Part shown: one piece after another, positions 13,149 through 26,930 of the stretch
Layout: each line of letters opens with the position of its first letter
Position numbering within the stretch: position 1 is the first letter of the stretch
Assembly: GCF_964355755.1 (NCBI RefSeq)
Contig: NC_092674.1
Span: 1,798,001-1,862,000 of the forward strand
Source: Antedon mediterranea
Lineage: Eukaryota > Animalia > Echinodermata
Reading direction: 5' to 3'
DNA length: 64,000 nucleotides
Program-made: the position numbers and the translations under genes
Notes under the pieces: model-generated
Databases searched by the model: none
Told to the model about the DNA's origin: nothing
What the model saw: the letters and a program-made list of their open reading frames with translations, nothing else

Positions 13149-13607
13149 ATGGCTGACAAATTCCAACCAGCTGCAAATGAGAAAAAGTAAGAAAATAATT
13201 AGTAACGAAGGGTTAATTATAGTTGCTATTATTACAGTTAATATTATTTTAAAGTTCGGAATGGACTAATAAATATCACTTTTTCAGGATTAATTATTGT
13301 TATAAAAAGTAACAATAAAAAGTAGAAAAAAAAAATTCTGATTGAAATTTACTTTTGTTTAGCTACCTTTCGTTTCCTTTAAGTATGTTAATTGGTTTTC
13401 TGTGAAACAAAAAGTAAATTTTTTCTACGAAATGTATATTTTGAACATTCCAAAATTTGTTTATATATTTTTATAACTTTTGTAATTTAGATAAAGCGTT
13501 AATAATGTATTTTTATTTTTAACAGGATATGCCCTAACTGTCGCCAATGGTTCTCTCCAAAAGATTTTAAGATACATATTAAAACATGTTTACCGAAAAA
13601 AAAATAA
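13149..13607 (+). CDS. Micro-gene 2: shared tag + CCHC (UBZ4-spacing) zinc finger, 39 aa
   Basis: Exons 13149-13186 and 13526-13607: MADKFQPAANEKKICPNCRQWFSPKDFKIHIKTCLPKKK*; C-x2-C-x11-H-x3-C. Confidence 0.8.
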
Positions 13608-15132
13608 ATAAAATTACGCTATACGTAACACGACATGGGCTGGTTATACAAATAAGTTGTTAGTTCGTTAGTAACAGTTACAGTGAAGAGAGTAAAAACA
13701 CAATGAAAGGATAAACTGGATGCGATGATCTCAAGGCACTCAACAATAGTAAAAGAAATATTCCAGATCATTCTCCACATTGACCTAAGCCATATTCCGG
13801 GACTTAAAAGCAAAATTATTACGATGCAAGTTAATGTTGTCAAGATTACTTAAAGATACAGTAATACCTTCACATTTTAATATGGATTATACGGCAAATA
13901 CTGTTCGATTACAAAACTGTTCAATTCAAACATGAAATTTATATACTTGTCCTATAAAAAAAGTAAGTGGTTCATACATAACAAACTGAATTATGAACTT
14001 TTAAAATAAATATGTTTACTTTTTTTCTTATTATTTTTGGATTCTATTTTATTACAATATGTAGAATAATTAATAATTATGTAATAATTGGTAATCCATT
14101 TATTTACAAACAAAATCGCATTTAAACTTTTAATTAATATTAAGAATTGACAATGTTTGAATTCTCACAGCTTATGAACTTTTAAATTACATTTATTTAC
14201 ATTTTTATTGATTTAGGGATTTGTAATAGATTCCTATTTCATTAGATTCATGTGGTGGGTTTCTAAGGGTGGACAAAGTGGGATAGGAGCCATTTTATTA
14301 AATTAATTTCATTTACTGTATTTACAAACACTTTCTAGCGTCCGAAAACATCTCCACTTTATTAACAGTGTGTGAGTTCTCTAGACTGCCGCTAAATAAA
14401 CCTTGCTTTTATTTAATCATTTAGTCAAAATAATGTGTCTTTTTTTGGTCATTTATTTTGTTTAAAATTAAAATACGCTGTTTACATAGAGAACGTTCAA
14501 CCAACAAGTGTTGTTGAGTGTTTCATGATATAGTGGAGGCAGACGAATCCAGAAAAAGAATGTTTTGTCTTCTAAGTTCGGAAAGACAGTTTTTCTACTT
14601 ATACTTTTGTAGGTATTATATACAACTCTAAAACAACATAGACCTATATCAAATTATAGTTAAACTATAATTAGGTAAAGATAAGCTATAAATTGCGGTC
14701 AAAATATTCTGGATCTGTTAAATAACCTCAATTGATTAATTTCCATGCCACAGTAAGCAGAGAACCTAAATACAGCATTTTTACACGTGGTCCAATACAC
14801 TGTGGATTAATTAAATTTTCACTTTATAGGTTATAACAAGAGAAACATCAGAATATTTTCTTTAAAATTCTTTTTTTTTTAAAGAGAAATGAAATCATTA
14901 TAACTGGCATGATATTGAAACAAAAAAGAAAGAGTAAAACTAAATGACGATTGTTGCTTTAAAAAAAGAATGGAAATTGATTTACAATAGAGTATGATCG
15001 ATATTTCACCCTTTTGTTAAAAGCAGTGACTTACTTTGGTTAAGATATAATATCATTACGCGTATATATAACTATAAAAATACAGAACTTCTATTCTAAA
15101 CTAAAACGCTTCATAGTCATAGTGGCGAAAAT

Positions 15133-15653
15133 ATGGCTGACAAATACCAACCATCAGCGAACGAAAAAGGGTAAGAAGGCAATATATAGTTTGGAATATT
15201 GTTCACATGTAATCTATAAGGTAAAATTTTACATTAAATAGAGCATAACTAAAAATTCGTTACTGTGAATCAAGAGCACGATGAATAATAAAGAGATGAG
15301 AGATTGCTTATAAATTTTGGCAACATAACATTATAAAGTTCCATCTAATTTTTAACCTAATTGGACTTCCAAGTAACTCTTTTTAAAATTCTCACCTGTG
15401 TTATTGAGCCTAAATCTTAGAATTCACAAATTATTGATAATATAATTACTTATCGTTTTATATCGCCCTAGCTTCTTGGTCGGTTTGTTACTAAACTTAG
15501 AAATACTTGTTTTCAAAATGTTTTTAGAAAATTATAAAAAGTTTTAATACGGGTTTTTTTTTCATTTTTAACAGCCAATGCCCACACTGTCACTGGTATT
15601 TCTATGCAAGAAACATAGCGGCACACGTACGAAACTGTCCATCAAGACCATAG
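15133..15653 (+). CDS. Micro-gene 3: shared tag + CCHC zinc finger, 38 aa
   Basis: Exons 15133-15170 and 15575-15653: MADKYQPSANEKGQCPHCHWYFYARNIAAHVRNCPSRP*; C-x2-C-x11-H-x3-C. Confidence 0.8.
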
Positions 15654-17061
15654 ATCTTATGATTCTACGTTACCGTATAATATGTGTCACGCTGCATGCA
15701 TGAAGTATGTATACTAGTATGTCTCACGCTTCATGGACTGGTGATATAAAAAACAAAGGTTTAAGGATTGTTACCAAAAGTTCCGAAGAGCCAAAGTATA
15801 AACTGGATACGAACTAAATATATTATGACGCCTATGAACTCAACAACCGTAAATTGATATTCCCGGACCTAATTTCAAAATTAAGCAACAGTTATAGTAC
15901 AACGTGAATTGTCGTAAAGTTTACTTACAGACACGTCTTCGTTCACATTTTCAATAAATATGAATTATATGAAAAATACAATTACAGAACTGTTCCATAT
16001 AAACATGGTGTTAGTTATGTTTACTATGAGCCTAAACTGTTTGTGGTTCATACTTGTAACAAACCAACACGCGTATCGTAATTGACATTATCTATTTACG
16101 TAGAGATACTTACTACATTTTAATTCGATTGCTGGTGTACAGGCATACATTTAAGATATAATATTTGGTTAAATGTACATGAATTAAGAAGGTGTAACAA
16201 AAATCACGACAAAAAAATGTATCACTGTAGTATACAGTGGATAATATTTATAATGGCCTTAAAGATTATACTAAGAGAGACGGGAATATATAGAATAATT
16301 GATTAGATAATTAAAAAAAGTAAAAAGTTTCTAAGTATTTGAAAAATTTCCATGCCAGAATATATTAAGATTTGACAGTGTGGGAACTCTCAAATAGACT
16401 GCTGCTAAATAAACCCTGCTTTATGAAAACATTTGTCATAATAATGTGTATTTCTATGTCATTTATTTTGTTTAACGGTAAACTGTGCTGTTTGAGAACT
16501 ATACAGTCTTTGATTGTTTTACTCTTATGTAGAAAATAATTCACTAATTTAATTTTGATTATCACACCATTTAATACATGCATTAGTATATCTATTATAT
16601 AATAACTTAATATAACTAAACTAAGATGGGATTTTGGAAATTAATTCTGTAAATTTAATCAGATAGATGGAAATATCATAGATTGTAAAATATTAGTATT
16701 TTACCTAACAAGAATATATATTAAGAAATAATACCACACTGCAAAAGGGGTGTAGACTGGGTCAAGTTTAGATTTAGGAAAATGGAAACTACAAAGCTAA
16801 GATACTTATGTCTATAATTAATATTTCGTATAATTGGCCTCTGAGTTTTTCTTTATAATTATGTTTTATCCATATTTGCAAATAATATATGCATGAAAAA
16901 TTGATCAATAAAGAAGTATTGTTGAGAGACTTATTTCAGTATATAAAATACGATATCATTACGCGAAAACTATAAAGCAGAGCAGAATTTCTCTCTTATG
17001 ACAAAACGGTTCATAAACGAACTTCTGATAAACACGCTTAAACGATACTAATCTGGGGGTA

Positions 17062-17772
17062 ATGGCTGATCAACCCAGAGACGAACCAGCGGCAAATGAA
17101 GGGTAAGATGCTAATCATATCTAAAAGTAAATTATATAGATATAGGCCTAGTATACTTAACAGTAATATTTACTGTCAAGTGTTTGACTTATTTTTACGG
17201 GTTAAAAGGTTCTATATTCGTTACCTTTCAAATAATACCGTTACTGAAGATCAAGAGACGTAGATGAATATTAAAATAAGTAGTAAGGATGGTGCTTATA
17301 CATTTGACTAATTTCATCAAGAATTAGAATGTTTCAATTATATTATACTTCCATCTAAACTTTTTATAGAATATTTACTCGTAATATTATTAGTCCAGTT
17401 CATTTTAAATGAAATAGACAAAATTGATCAAATCAATGGAGGGCATATAACAAGATTGTTTGCGAAAGTCACACTTTACCACCTTAATAGAAGAAATACA
17501 AAAAAAAATAACTAAAATTCTTTTTGTATTTAACTGTTTCTAAATTACTTTAGAAAAAACTATTAGATTTGCGCTAGTTTGTTTGTAATACAATATCAAA
17601 CAAGATAGTCTCTGATATGTTAAGATGTATATAAACGTTACTACATGATTGTCTCTGATATGTTACGTTACTACATGATTGTCCTTTGCTTTTTAACATC
17701 AGATGCCCACGCTGCCACAGGTCGTATTGGTATTACACTTATTGGATTCACCGTTTGTTCAACTGCAACTAA
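17062..17772 (+). CDS. Micro-gene 4: shared tag + aromatic-rich CCHC zinc finger, 36 aa
   Basis: Exons 17062-17102 and 17703-17772: MADQPRDEPAANEGCPRCHRSYWYYTYWIHRLFNCN*; C-x2-C-x11-H-x4-C. Confidence 0.78.
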
Positions 17773-18683
17773 GAAAGATGATCTTTCACGTTTAAATATC
17801 ATGCTATATGGACTAGGAATATACAACCAAATCATCAATGGGACAGTCAGTAAGTTATCAAGAGAGAGAAACCAAAAAAAAAAAGAAGAAGAAACTGAAA
17901 CACTAATGATACAAACCAAATACATTGTGTAAGTACCTTTAATAGTAATGGGAGATTCAATACACCGTAAATAACTTTTTTTACTAACTTGTTCCATCTT
18001 GCAAGTGTGGAGGATGACAAATATTTCTCAAACTAAAAGTTCTCTACTTACAACATTCTGATATTTAGACCAAAATAATTGTCAGTACAGTACTACAATT
18101 TGAACATTTTTGTAATTTTGTTTATGAGTCTATATTTATTTTAAGATGTGTAATTCCTAGAACACTTTTTACTACTTTTTTTGTTTTTATACGCTATGAA
18201 AATGACAGCTACTATAATATCCAACTATAAACTTCCTAATTGTCGTACGACCAATGTTTCTATATTATATCTTGTTGACTAAAAAACCTTTAAAAAAGCA
18301 AAAGCTACAGGCCTACATTAATAGTTATTATGAACTTTTCGCTGCATTATATCTGATTATCTCTATCATCCTTTGTTGTTTCGTTATACAATTAGTATAC
18401 GCATCAAGGTATATATTATCTAGATCTACTATTTGGTGATTTTTAATACACTACTACATGGGTGATAATATTAATTTGTTCATATTGTCTAAATTATGCA
18501 TCTTATGAATATTTCATTGATTCATCTTTCACAATGAAATATCAATGCGCGAACTGCATTTACCCAATACGTTCAATTGTATCTATTCCATAAAATAAAC
18601 TACACGACACTTATACACACTCATTTTAGAGAACATTCTAGTTCTGCATCTAAATTATATACGTAAGTTTTTACTCTGAAAAC

Positions 18684-19338
18684 ATGTCGGGTGGTAGTGG
18701 CCAACCAACATTCGAACCATCACCAACTGAAAAGGGGTAAGAATATCGTCTTTAATTAGTAAAGCAGATTATTGAAATTTATATTTAGCAGATAAATATT
18801 CAATGATAACAATTTTGAACTATTTCATATTAACAGTAATATGGAACTTAAATCGTTAAAATACAATTTTAATAAACATAATTAATTTTTTTTCGATCCA
18901 AGCCGTTTTGTTGTTTTTTAATACAAACATCAATAAAGGTTTTTGCTGGCCAACTTTTGTTAAGGCCAACTAAGACAGCATCGTACGACGAGGCCCGACG
19001 AAACGCCTCGACTCGTCGGTGCTGTCTGAACTGAATCCCGACGAGAGACCAGTCGTCTTCGGATAGCCTCGTCGTACAACGCAGTCTGAGTTGACCTTAA
19101 TAATGACGCTGTCTGAGTTGGCCTTAATAAAAGTTTAATTTTGACAATTTTGAAATGTATTTTTAGTTGTTTCGAATGTGTAAAACGTTAATTATCTTTT
19201 GACAGAGATGACAAAGATACGACCGATACGTCAGGTGGTGAAAACACCGGAAGCACCACGAGCAAACGCAGTGGATGTCCGACATTGTTCACCTATTGTT
19301 CCGAATGGCCGGCTACAGATATTGATGTTAAACTGTAG
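18684..19338 (+). CDS. Micro-gene 5: shared tag + disordered/Cys-containing peptide, 61 aa
   Basis: Exons 18684-18736 and 19206-19338: MSGGSGQPTFEPSPTEKGDDKDTTDTSGGENTGSTTSKRSGCPTLFTYCSEWPATDIDVKL*. Confidence 0.65.
18961..19126. mobile_element. Harbinger/PIF-like MITE in the intron of micro-gene 5
   Basis: TIRs taaggccaactaagacagc ... gctgtctgagttggcctta in TAA context; the right end appears twice. Confidence 0.6.
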
Positions 19339-20179
19339 ATTTAATGATTCAGTAAATGTCACCAATCGTAAAGAAAAAATGGATACAACCTAATTACATT
19401 ATTATGGCCATGGTTTCCCGTTTCATCTTTAAAAAATACTTGACACCAACTTCATCGTGAATAAATTTTGATCGTCAAGCCTACTTTCATATATTTTTAT
19501 CCGCTATGAAAATATATAAAGTATGACAGGTACCTTTGAGCTTTTTTCAACTATAAACTTCTCAATTGCAAGTAATTTGTGGATGTTTCTGATATATGTT
19601 TACTCTCAGAACATCTAAAGAAAACAAAGCAACAAATATGAATAAGTCCCTGTGACACAGGCCTACAATGAAGATTACTATGAACATAGAAATAACTAAC
19701 GCTCGGGACTAATGGACTTCTCTATTTCACACCAGACTGAATAGTACGTAAATTGTAGATGTTGCAATAATGTGATTTGAATACGTAAATATTGTTTATG
19801 AATTATTTTACTGAAGTAAGTGTTGTGGTTACTTAGCATCGTAACTCTCACTTAATTATCGCAGATTTGGAAATGGTAAATTTAAACAATTGTCAAAATA
19901 TTATTCCTGTAATTTTGCGGTTTTTTGGTTTACCTTGTCATCATATTTGATAGGTATGTACCGCTCATATTGATGTAACTAGTTATGTATCCATTATATC
20001 ATTGTTTGCTTTTTAATATACTGCTCTACTACAGATTGCCTAGGCATATGCATATACAATGTTTTTCTTTGGGTTTTTTTCTTAAAGCGTTTTGATTCTT
20101 AGTTTTTTAAGCAATTGTTATTAATTACTAATCCTTGTTTCGTCGTTAAAATAGTATACTTAGTTTATAACTACATTAA

Positions 20180-20780
20180 TATACCTTGATGCACCTTGAT
20201 ATACCTTGATGCACCTTGATAAAACACGGTGTACCTTGATATACCTTGATGCACCTTGATATATCTTGATGCACCTTGATAAAACATGGTGTACCTTTAT
20301 ATACCTTGATGCACTTTGATATACCTTGATGCACCTTGATAAAACATGGTGTACCTTGATATACCTTGATGGACCTTGATAAAACATGGTGTACCTTGAT
20401 ATACCTTGATGCACCTTGATATACCTTGATGCACCTTGATAAAACATGGTGTACCTTGATATACCTCGATGCACCTTGATAAAACATGGTGTACCTTTAT
20501 ATACCTTGATGCACCTTGATATACCTTGATGCACCTTGATAAAACATGGTGTACCTTGATATACCTTGATGCACCTTGATATACCTTGATGCACTTTGAT
20601 AAAACATGGTGTACCTTGACATACCTTGATGCACCTTGATATACTTTGATGTACCTTGATATACCTTGATGCACCTTGATAAAACATGGTGTACCTTGAT
20701 ATACCTTGATGTACCTTGATATACCTTGATGCACCTTGATAAAACATGGTGTACCTTGATATACCTTGATAAACCATGGT
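20180..20780. repeat. 10-bp minisatellite with higher-order structure (ataccttgat / gcaccttgat / aaaacatggt / gtaccttgat)
   Basis: Directly visible; explains ORFs 20160-20850. Confidence 0.95.
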
Positions 20781-22626
20781 CTTGCGACTTTGAAGCTGCG
20801 CCTATGTGTTTCTCCATGCGTAGTTTTAGTTTTATAGTTGTTAAATTCACAATTTTAACGGTATGATTTTTTTAATACGCTAACTCTTAGAGTTCATATT
20901 GGGTTTGAGTTTATAGCATGATTTTCAAGAGTACGTTATTTTTACATTCTCCTTCTTTAAATACCATTTTTACATTTAAATAAATCTATTTATCGTATGT
21001 TAATTTATTGATGTTGACATTATAGTATAAACTTGGTTTATGTTTTTATTCCTACTCCATTTCTATTCTATTGAAGAATATATAAATGAATAAGAACCTA
21101 CAGATATTCTTTTACTATGCCATTTCTTTACAAATTCATTGTAGTAACTTCTGGTAAAGTTTTGACACTGTTAGTTCTTAGAATATTGCTGATAAATTAA
21201 ACCTTGCTTCATGAAATCGTGTCTCGTGTCTTTTTAAGCATTCATTATCTCTATTTATAATAAAATAGTGTTTACAGTGATCACGTCTAATCAACATATC
21301 AATATTAACTATCAACAGAGAATTTAAAGAGATTGTTAAGGAAGACATAAATCAACATCTCAATCGCAAAAAAATATATTTTTCTTAAACTCGACAGAGC
21401 AACATTGCACCATTGCAGCAGAATAACTTCACGTATATTCTTTAAACTTTAATAACTTGACTTTAGCTGCCACACCTAACCAATTTGCTGCTATACTCAA
21501 ATGAGTCTCTACACAGTATAGGAAGAGGATGATGATGATAATGATGATGATGATGATGATGATTTTTTGACTTTATATTCAATAATATTAATAACTAAAT
21601 TGACGTGTAACACAGATGATCTTGTAAAGAGTGATTACTGCTGCAAATGAAGAACAAACTAATAAGATATTCGGTAATACAGCATATCATTTGTATCACA
21701 TGTGGTGCCTGTATCATATAAGGTCAGTGTATGAGTATGATACTAGGAGATACATGTGAAACACATGTGATTTTCCTATTCCTATGATACTGAGGCAATC
21801 TAGATACAGTACCGAGAATCGGGTGGTCTATTTTAGACGAAGTGATTCGAAAATATGGTGACATGGGACTGCTGACTCTTGTAGTGACAGTAATCATTAC
21901 TTTAGAAGTCCCTGACCAATTTCATCTTTGTACATTGTATATATGTTTTGTTGGTCGAATAAATAAATTAAATGAAATGACAGTAAATAATACTTAAGGG
22001 GAAAGTTAATTCAAATAAGAACAATTTGGTATTTTGAAACATTTTTGTGATACATTTATACTAAAATAGAGAAAATTCATTATAAATAAAAGTTTAATCC
22101 TTTTCTCTGTTTTACTTAATATAAGCTTACATTACATGGACCTGAACTATGTAACTATTGAGTTACAAAAAACAGTTGAAATTAAAAGTTAGTTAAGTTA
22201 GTTTATATTACTTTGCATTTAATTTTGTAAAACAAAAACAACAACAATTATACAAGTAAAACAAATAAATAGTAGTTGTAACCACTATCTTAATTGGATG
22301 CAATTTTCATTCTAATTTAGTGCTTAGAACAATCTCATTGGCTGTTACTCGACGCGCTATGAATTAATATACCATACTATAAAAAGATATATAAATTGTT
22401 TTCATTCACTTTCTTTTTAAACGGAAATCCACCTATAGTTAAAAATGAATATTTAAAATAAAAAAGAAGTATTGTTAAGAGACTTATTTCAATATTATAA
22501 AATACGATATCATTACGCAAAAATACTATAAAAACATTAAGCCGAACATATTTTCTCTCTTATGAAAAAACAATTCATAAACTAACTTCTGATAATATTT
22601 CTTAAACGACATTAATCTGAACAAAA

Positions 22627-23213
22627 ATGGGTGACGAGCCATCGCCAAATGAAAGGCAAGTAATACGTTATAGGCCTAGTATATTTAGCAGTATTATTTA
22701 CTGTCGGTAATAGTTTACGATATATCTACAGATTAAAAAGGTTATATTAAGTTGCCTTTTAAATATATACCGTTATGTGGGAAGGGTTCATCAACAATTT
22801 GAATGAAAGTTAAATTTTACTCTAATGTCAAAATAAAATTTTTATTAAATATTAACTCATAATTGTAATAGTTCAGTTCATTTAATTAAAAATATAAACA
22901 AAATGTATTAAATCACAGTGGAGGATATGTTATACGATTGTTTGTATACACTTATATTTAAAAAAAACTAAAATAAAACTAATTTTTGTATTTAGCCTTA
23001 ATTTATTTACATTAAGTTTAATTTTGCTTTAGTTTGTTAGCTAGTTTGTTAGAGAATACCAATCAAGATAGTCACTGATATATTACGTTAAGATGTATAT
23101 AAACGTTACTACATGATTGTTCTTTGCTTTTTAACATCAGATGTGAATACTGCCACAAGAAGTATTGGATTTATAGGATTCACCGTCTTTTCTTCTGCAG
23201 TGGGAAACCATGA
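22627..23213 (+). CDS. Micro-gene 6: shared tag + CCHC zinc finger, 33 aa, GC-AG intron
   Basis: Exons 22627-22655 (AG|GCAAGT) and 23141-23213: MGDEPSPNERCEYCHKKYWIYRIHRLFFCSGKP*; intron and exon 2 are clearly paralogous to micro-gene 4. Confidence 0.7.
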
Positions 23214-24818
23214 TCTTTCAGATATTGACAACCAAAAAAGAGAAATTGGAACACAGAGGATACGAAGCAATTAATACACTATGTGTATAACTTTCATAGT
23301 ACAGTAGTATAGTGGTATATAACAATACACTGAAAAGCAAATATGGGATTAACTTCTGAGTGAAAACCTAATCGCCAGGCATACGTACAGATATTTATTT
23401 TTATGGAGTATGACAACTATATTTCTCAACTACAAACGCCTATTTACACCATTTATGGTAGGCCTACCGAGATTTGTAACTGCAACAATATTTGTAATAC
23501 AATAACACACACATTATTACTGTAGTATTTTATGTGCATAACATTGAAATATAATAATACTATATGTTACAGATATCTGGACCAAATTTGAATCAAATGA
23601 TGTACAAATATTCTGAACATCTTTGTAACTTTGTTGTACATCATACATTATTTTAAAATCTTATGAAAAAAAAATTGCCCATATGATTATGATTAGAACA
23701 TTTTTATTAGAAGAGTCAGTAGTTATAACAATTTTCTGGATTGCAATTTTATAGTTGTAAATCTAGCATTTCAATGTAACATTGTTTATCTATTAGTGAT
23801 TCCGTTAAATTCAGATGCCCGGTTTTAGTATTTAATTTATTTGCAAAAGCTTCGTAGCATTCTCAAATATTTCCGGTATGATTATTAAGTTTGACAATTT
23901 GTAAGCGTTCAAAAGTAGACTGCTGCTAAATAAACCTTGTTTTATGAAATTGTTTGTCATAATTTGTTTTTTTTTTCTCTAGCAAAAATATATGTTTTTC
24001 ATAAACTTGACAGAGCAACATTGCATCTCTACTGCTCTACTTTAAACTTAAATAACTTGACTTGTCTTCCATACTAAACCAATGATTTCACTGTATATTC
24101 AATATTAATGATAATAAAAACATGGCTGCAGTTGCATGCTCAAGTTTACCAACCGACCAACCGACCGACAAACGGACCGACGGACCAACCGACCGACTGT
24201 AGAGTCGAGTTGCACGCGACTAAAAACGTAACTCACATCACCATCTAAAGAGTGAGGATGCAGATGAAAGCACTAATAAGATTTTCGGTAATACAGCATC
24301 TCCAGTATCATAGGAATATTCGGTAATACAGTATCTCAGTTTATCACATGTGATGGCTGTATCATGTAAAGGTAGGTTATGGTATATGGTAGTAGGAGAT
24401 ACATATGAAACACTTGAGACGCTGTATTACCAAATACTGAAGAAATCTAAATACAGTGGTGATTTTGAACTTTCAAATAAATGATTCGAAAACTACGTGA
24501 CCTTTTCTATACATTGTAAAGTTCTGGTAAATCCTATTTCCAACTTTAAACTAAAGACAAATAGGAAGCAATCTTTTTACTACAAGTATTATGTTATAAA
24601 TGTATAGTATTTTGATATCTCTCTCCGAAAGAAATATCAATGCGCAAATGCATTCAAGCAAATGCACCCAATTGTTTACTGGAAAAGTGTCTATTTATAT
24701 GCCAATTGTACCATTGGTAATAGAAAGCCTACACAAGTTAATACATATCGACGACTGTTTAATAAAGAAAAAAATATCTTATTTTTACGCTCCTAATTCT
24801 TTCGAGTTCTTTGTGAAG

Positions 24819-25215
24819 ATGAGTAATCAATGTATAGATCAACCAAGTCCAAAGTAAGTTACAACTTATCTTTTACTAAATAATATTAAAATATTGTTAT
24901 TATGTGTACGTCACACAAAGATATATTACAGAACAATTATCAGATTGAATTTTACTTGTGTGATTTAATAAGATACTATCTGAGAGAAAGCCTAAATTAA
25001 TAGTGTGTACGTATATCAATAAATTATGCGCATTATAATCATAATAATGTCATGATGAAATGTAATGTGTTTATGATATTGACTAATAGTATATATCTCT
25101 ATGCAGTATTTTGAGAAAATACCCACGTTGTAAAGTTCTTGCTTATGTCGTCGTCATTCTAGCTGCAATATATTGGTGTTGTGGTTTTGGATATTTCATT
25201 TCTGTCATTGTTTAG
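24819..25215 (+). CDS. Micro-gene 7: shared tag + C-terminal transmembrane helix, 47 aa
   Basis: Exons 24819-24853 and 25107-25215: MSNQCIDQPSPNILRKYPRCKVLAYVVVILAAIYWCCGFGYFISVIV*; probable 3'-UTR intron 25260-25543. Confidence 0.7.
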
Positions 25216-25949
25216 TTTTAAAAAGAAAACATTAGTATGTGTGCTTACGTCACGTCAAGGTATGTACATCTAAAACTACTATTTTGTAATTATTCGACTA
25301 TGAACAAATACATGCAGTATTATAATTATTTACATTATAAACATTTTTTTTAATGATTACCTTTTTATAAATTAGTGTATTTTTGTACACTTGGCCATTA
25401 AACACTCGTTCACACCAGTAATGCTTAACCAACCCTAACATAGAATCTATTCAAACTCTACCTTGTTAAAAAAATTACCAAAACGCTACATTCTACATAA
25501 AGTAAATATCAAGACCTATTATTGAGTATGTTTTTAATTTCAGGAAATCGTAATTATTTAACTATGGAGCGCACACAAACAACGTAATATCTGGAAGAAA
25601 CCCCTAAATTGGGCATAATTTAAAGAATAAAAACAATTCTGTTTTATGTTTAATCTTTCAACAATAAATAGCTTGATCAGAGTCTGTTGAGGCCAACCAA
25701 CATATGCAAGACTACAGCAAAGGTAGTACTTAACCAAACCCAACTTAAGCACCAACAAATACTAATCATCTATGGAAACAGAATAATATAATTATACACA
25801 TTATTGAAAAAAAATAAAACCTCTAAAATATAAAGAATGTATAATAAATAACAATATCATCTTTACGAAATACTGTAGATCAATAAAATAAAGTTAGATA
25901 ATATGTACATTTCTACAATTTATTTCTATGCAATGTAGCGTTAATACTT

Positions 25950-26580
25950 ATAATAATGATGATGATGATGATAATGATGATGATTATGATGATGATAATG
26001 ATGATGATGATAATGATGATAATAATGATGATAATAATGATGATGATAATGATAATAATGATAATGATAATGATGATAATGATGATAATGATGATGATGA
26101 TAATGATAAGGATGATCATAATGATAATAATGATGATAATGATGATAATGATGATGATGATGATAATGATGATAATGATGATGATGATGATAATGATGAT
26201 CATGATGATGATGATACTAATAATGATGATGATGATGAGATGATGATGATGATAATGATGGTGATAATGATGATGATAATGATGATAATGACGATGACGA
26301 CGATTATGACAATGACAATTATGATGATGATGACGATGATGATGATAATTTGGATGACTATGATGATGATGATAATGATGAAAATTATGATGATGATAAT
26401 GATGCTGATGATAATAATAATGATGATAATAATAATAATGATAATAATGATGTTAATAAAGATGATAATAATGTCGACGACGATGATAATAATGACGACG
26501 GTGGCGGCAGTGGCGGGGGCAGCGGGGGCGACGGAGGCGGGGGCGGCGGTGGCGACGGCGGTGGCGATGGCGGTGGGGGC
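25950..26580. repeat. (GAT/AAT)n trinucleotide microsatellite ending in a (GGC/GGT)-rich tract
   Basis: Directly visible; explains the poly-I/M/D ORFs. Confidence 0.95.
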
Positions 26581-26930
26581 ATATTTATTATGTCTAAGGG
26601 TTAGCACCAAACAACTTACTGGTATAATATATTATATGATAATTGCTATATAATGTAACACTGTTATACTAAAATAGTATAAGTTCTTCACATATAAAAT
26701 AGGTCTAAACGTTGTATTATCAAAATATCATCTGTGTCATTATTTGAGTCTAGATCTATATTAGGATATTTAAGCTGAATATCACTCATTTTCAGTAGTA
26801 CCTATAAGGGTGGTGCTAAAGTTTACACATAATTATTATGTGTATCTAAACTAACAGATCTCGAATCATATTATGTCGTTCTATCAATTTGCCCTCCTGC
26901 TTTGTATCAGGTAATTTCGATTACTACTAG

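Noticed and set aside
17645-17997. 95-aa and 108-aa ORFs in the track
   Set aside because: They overlap the zinc-finger exon in other frames; only the CCHC frame is conserved in the paralog at 23141.
20160-20850. Repetitive ORFs up to 205 aa
   Set aside because: Stop-free frames of a 10-bp minisatellite.
25913-26653. Poly-Ile/Met/Asp/Pro ORFs
   Set aside because: Translations of a trinucleotide microsatellite.
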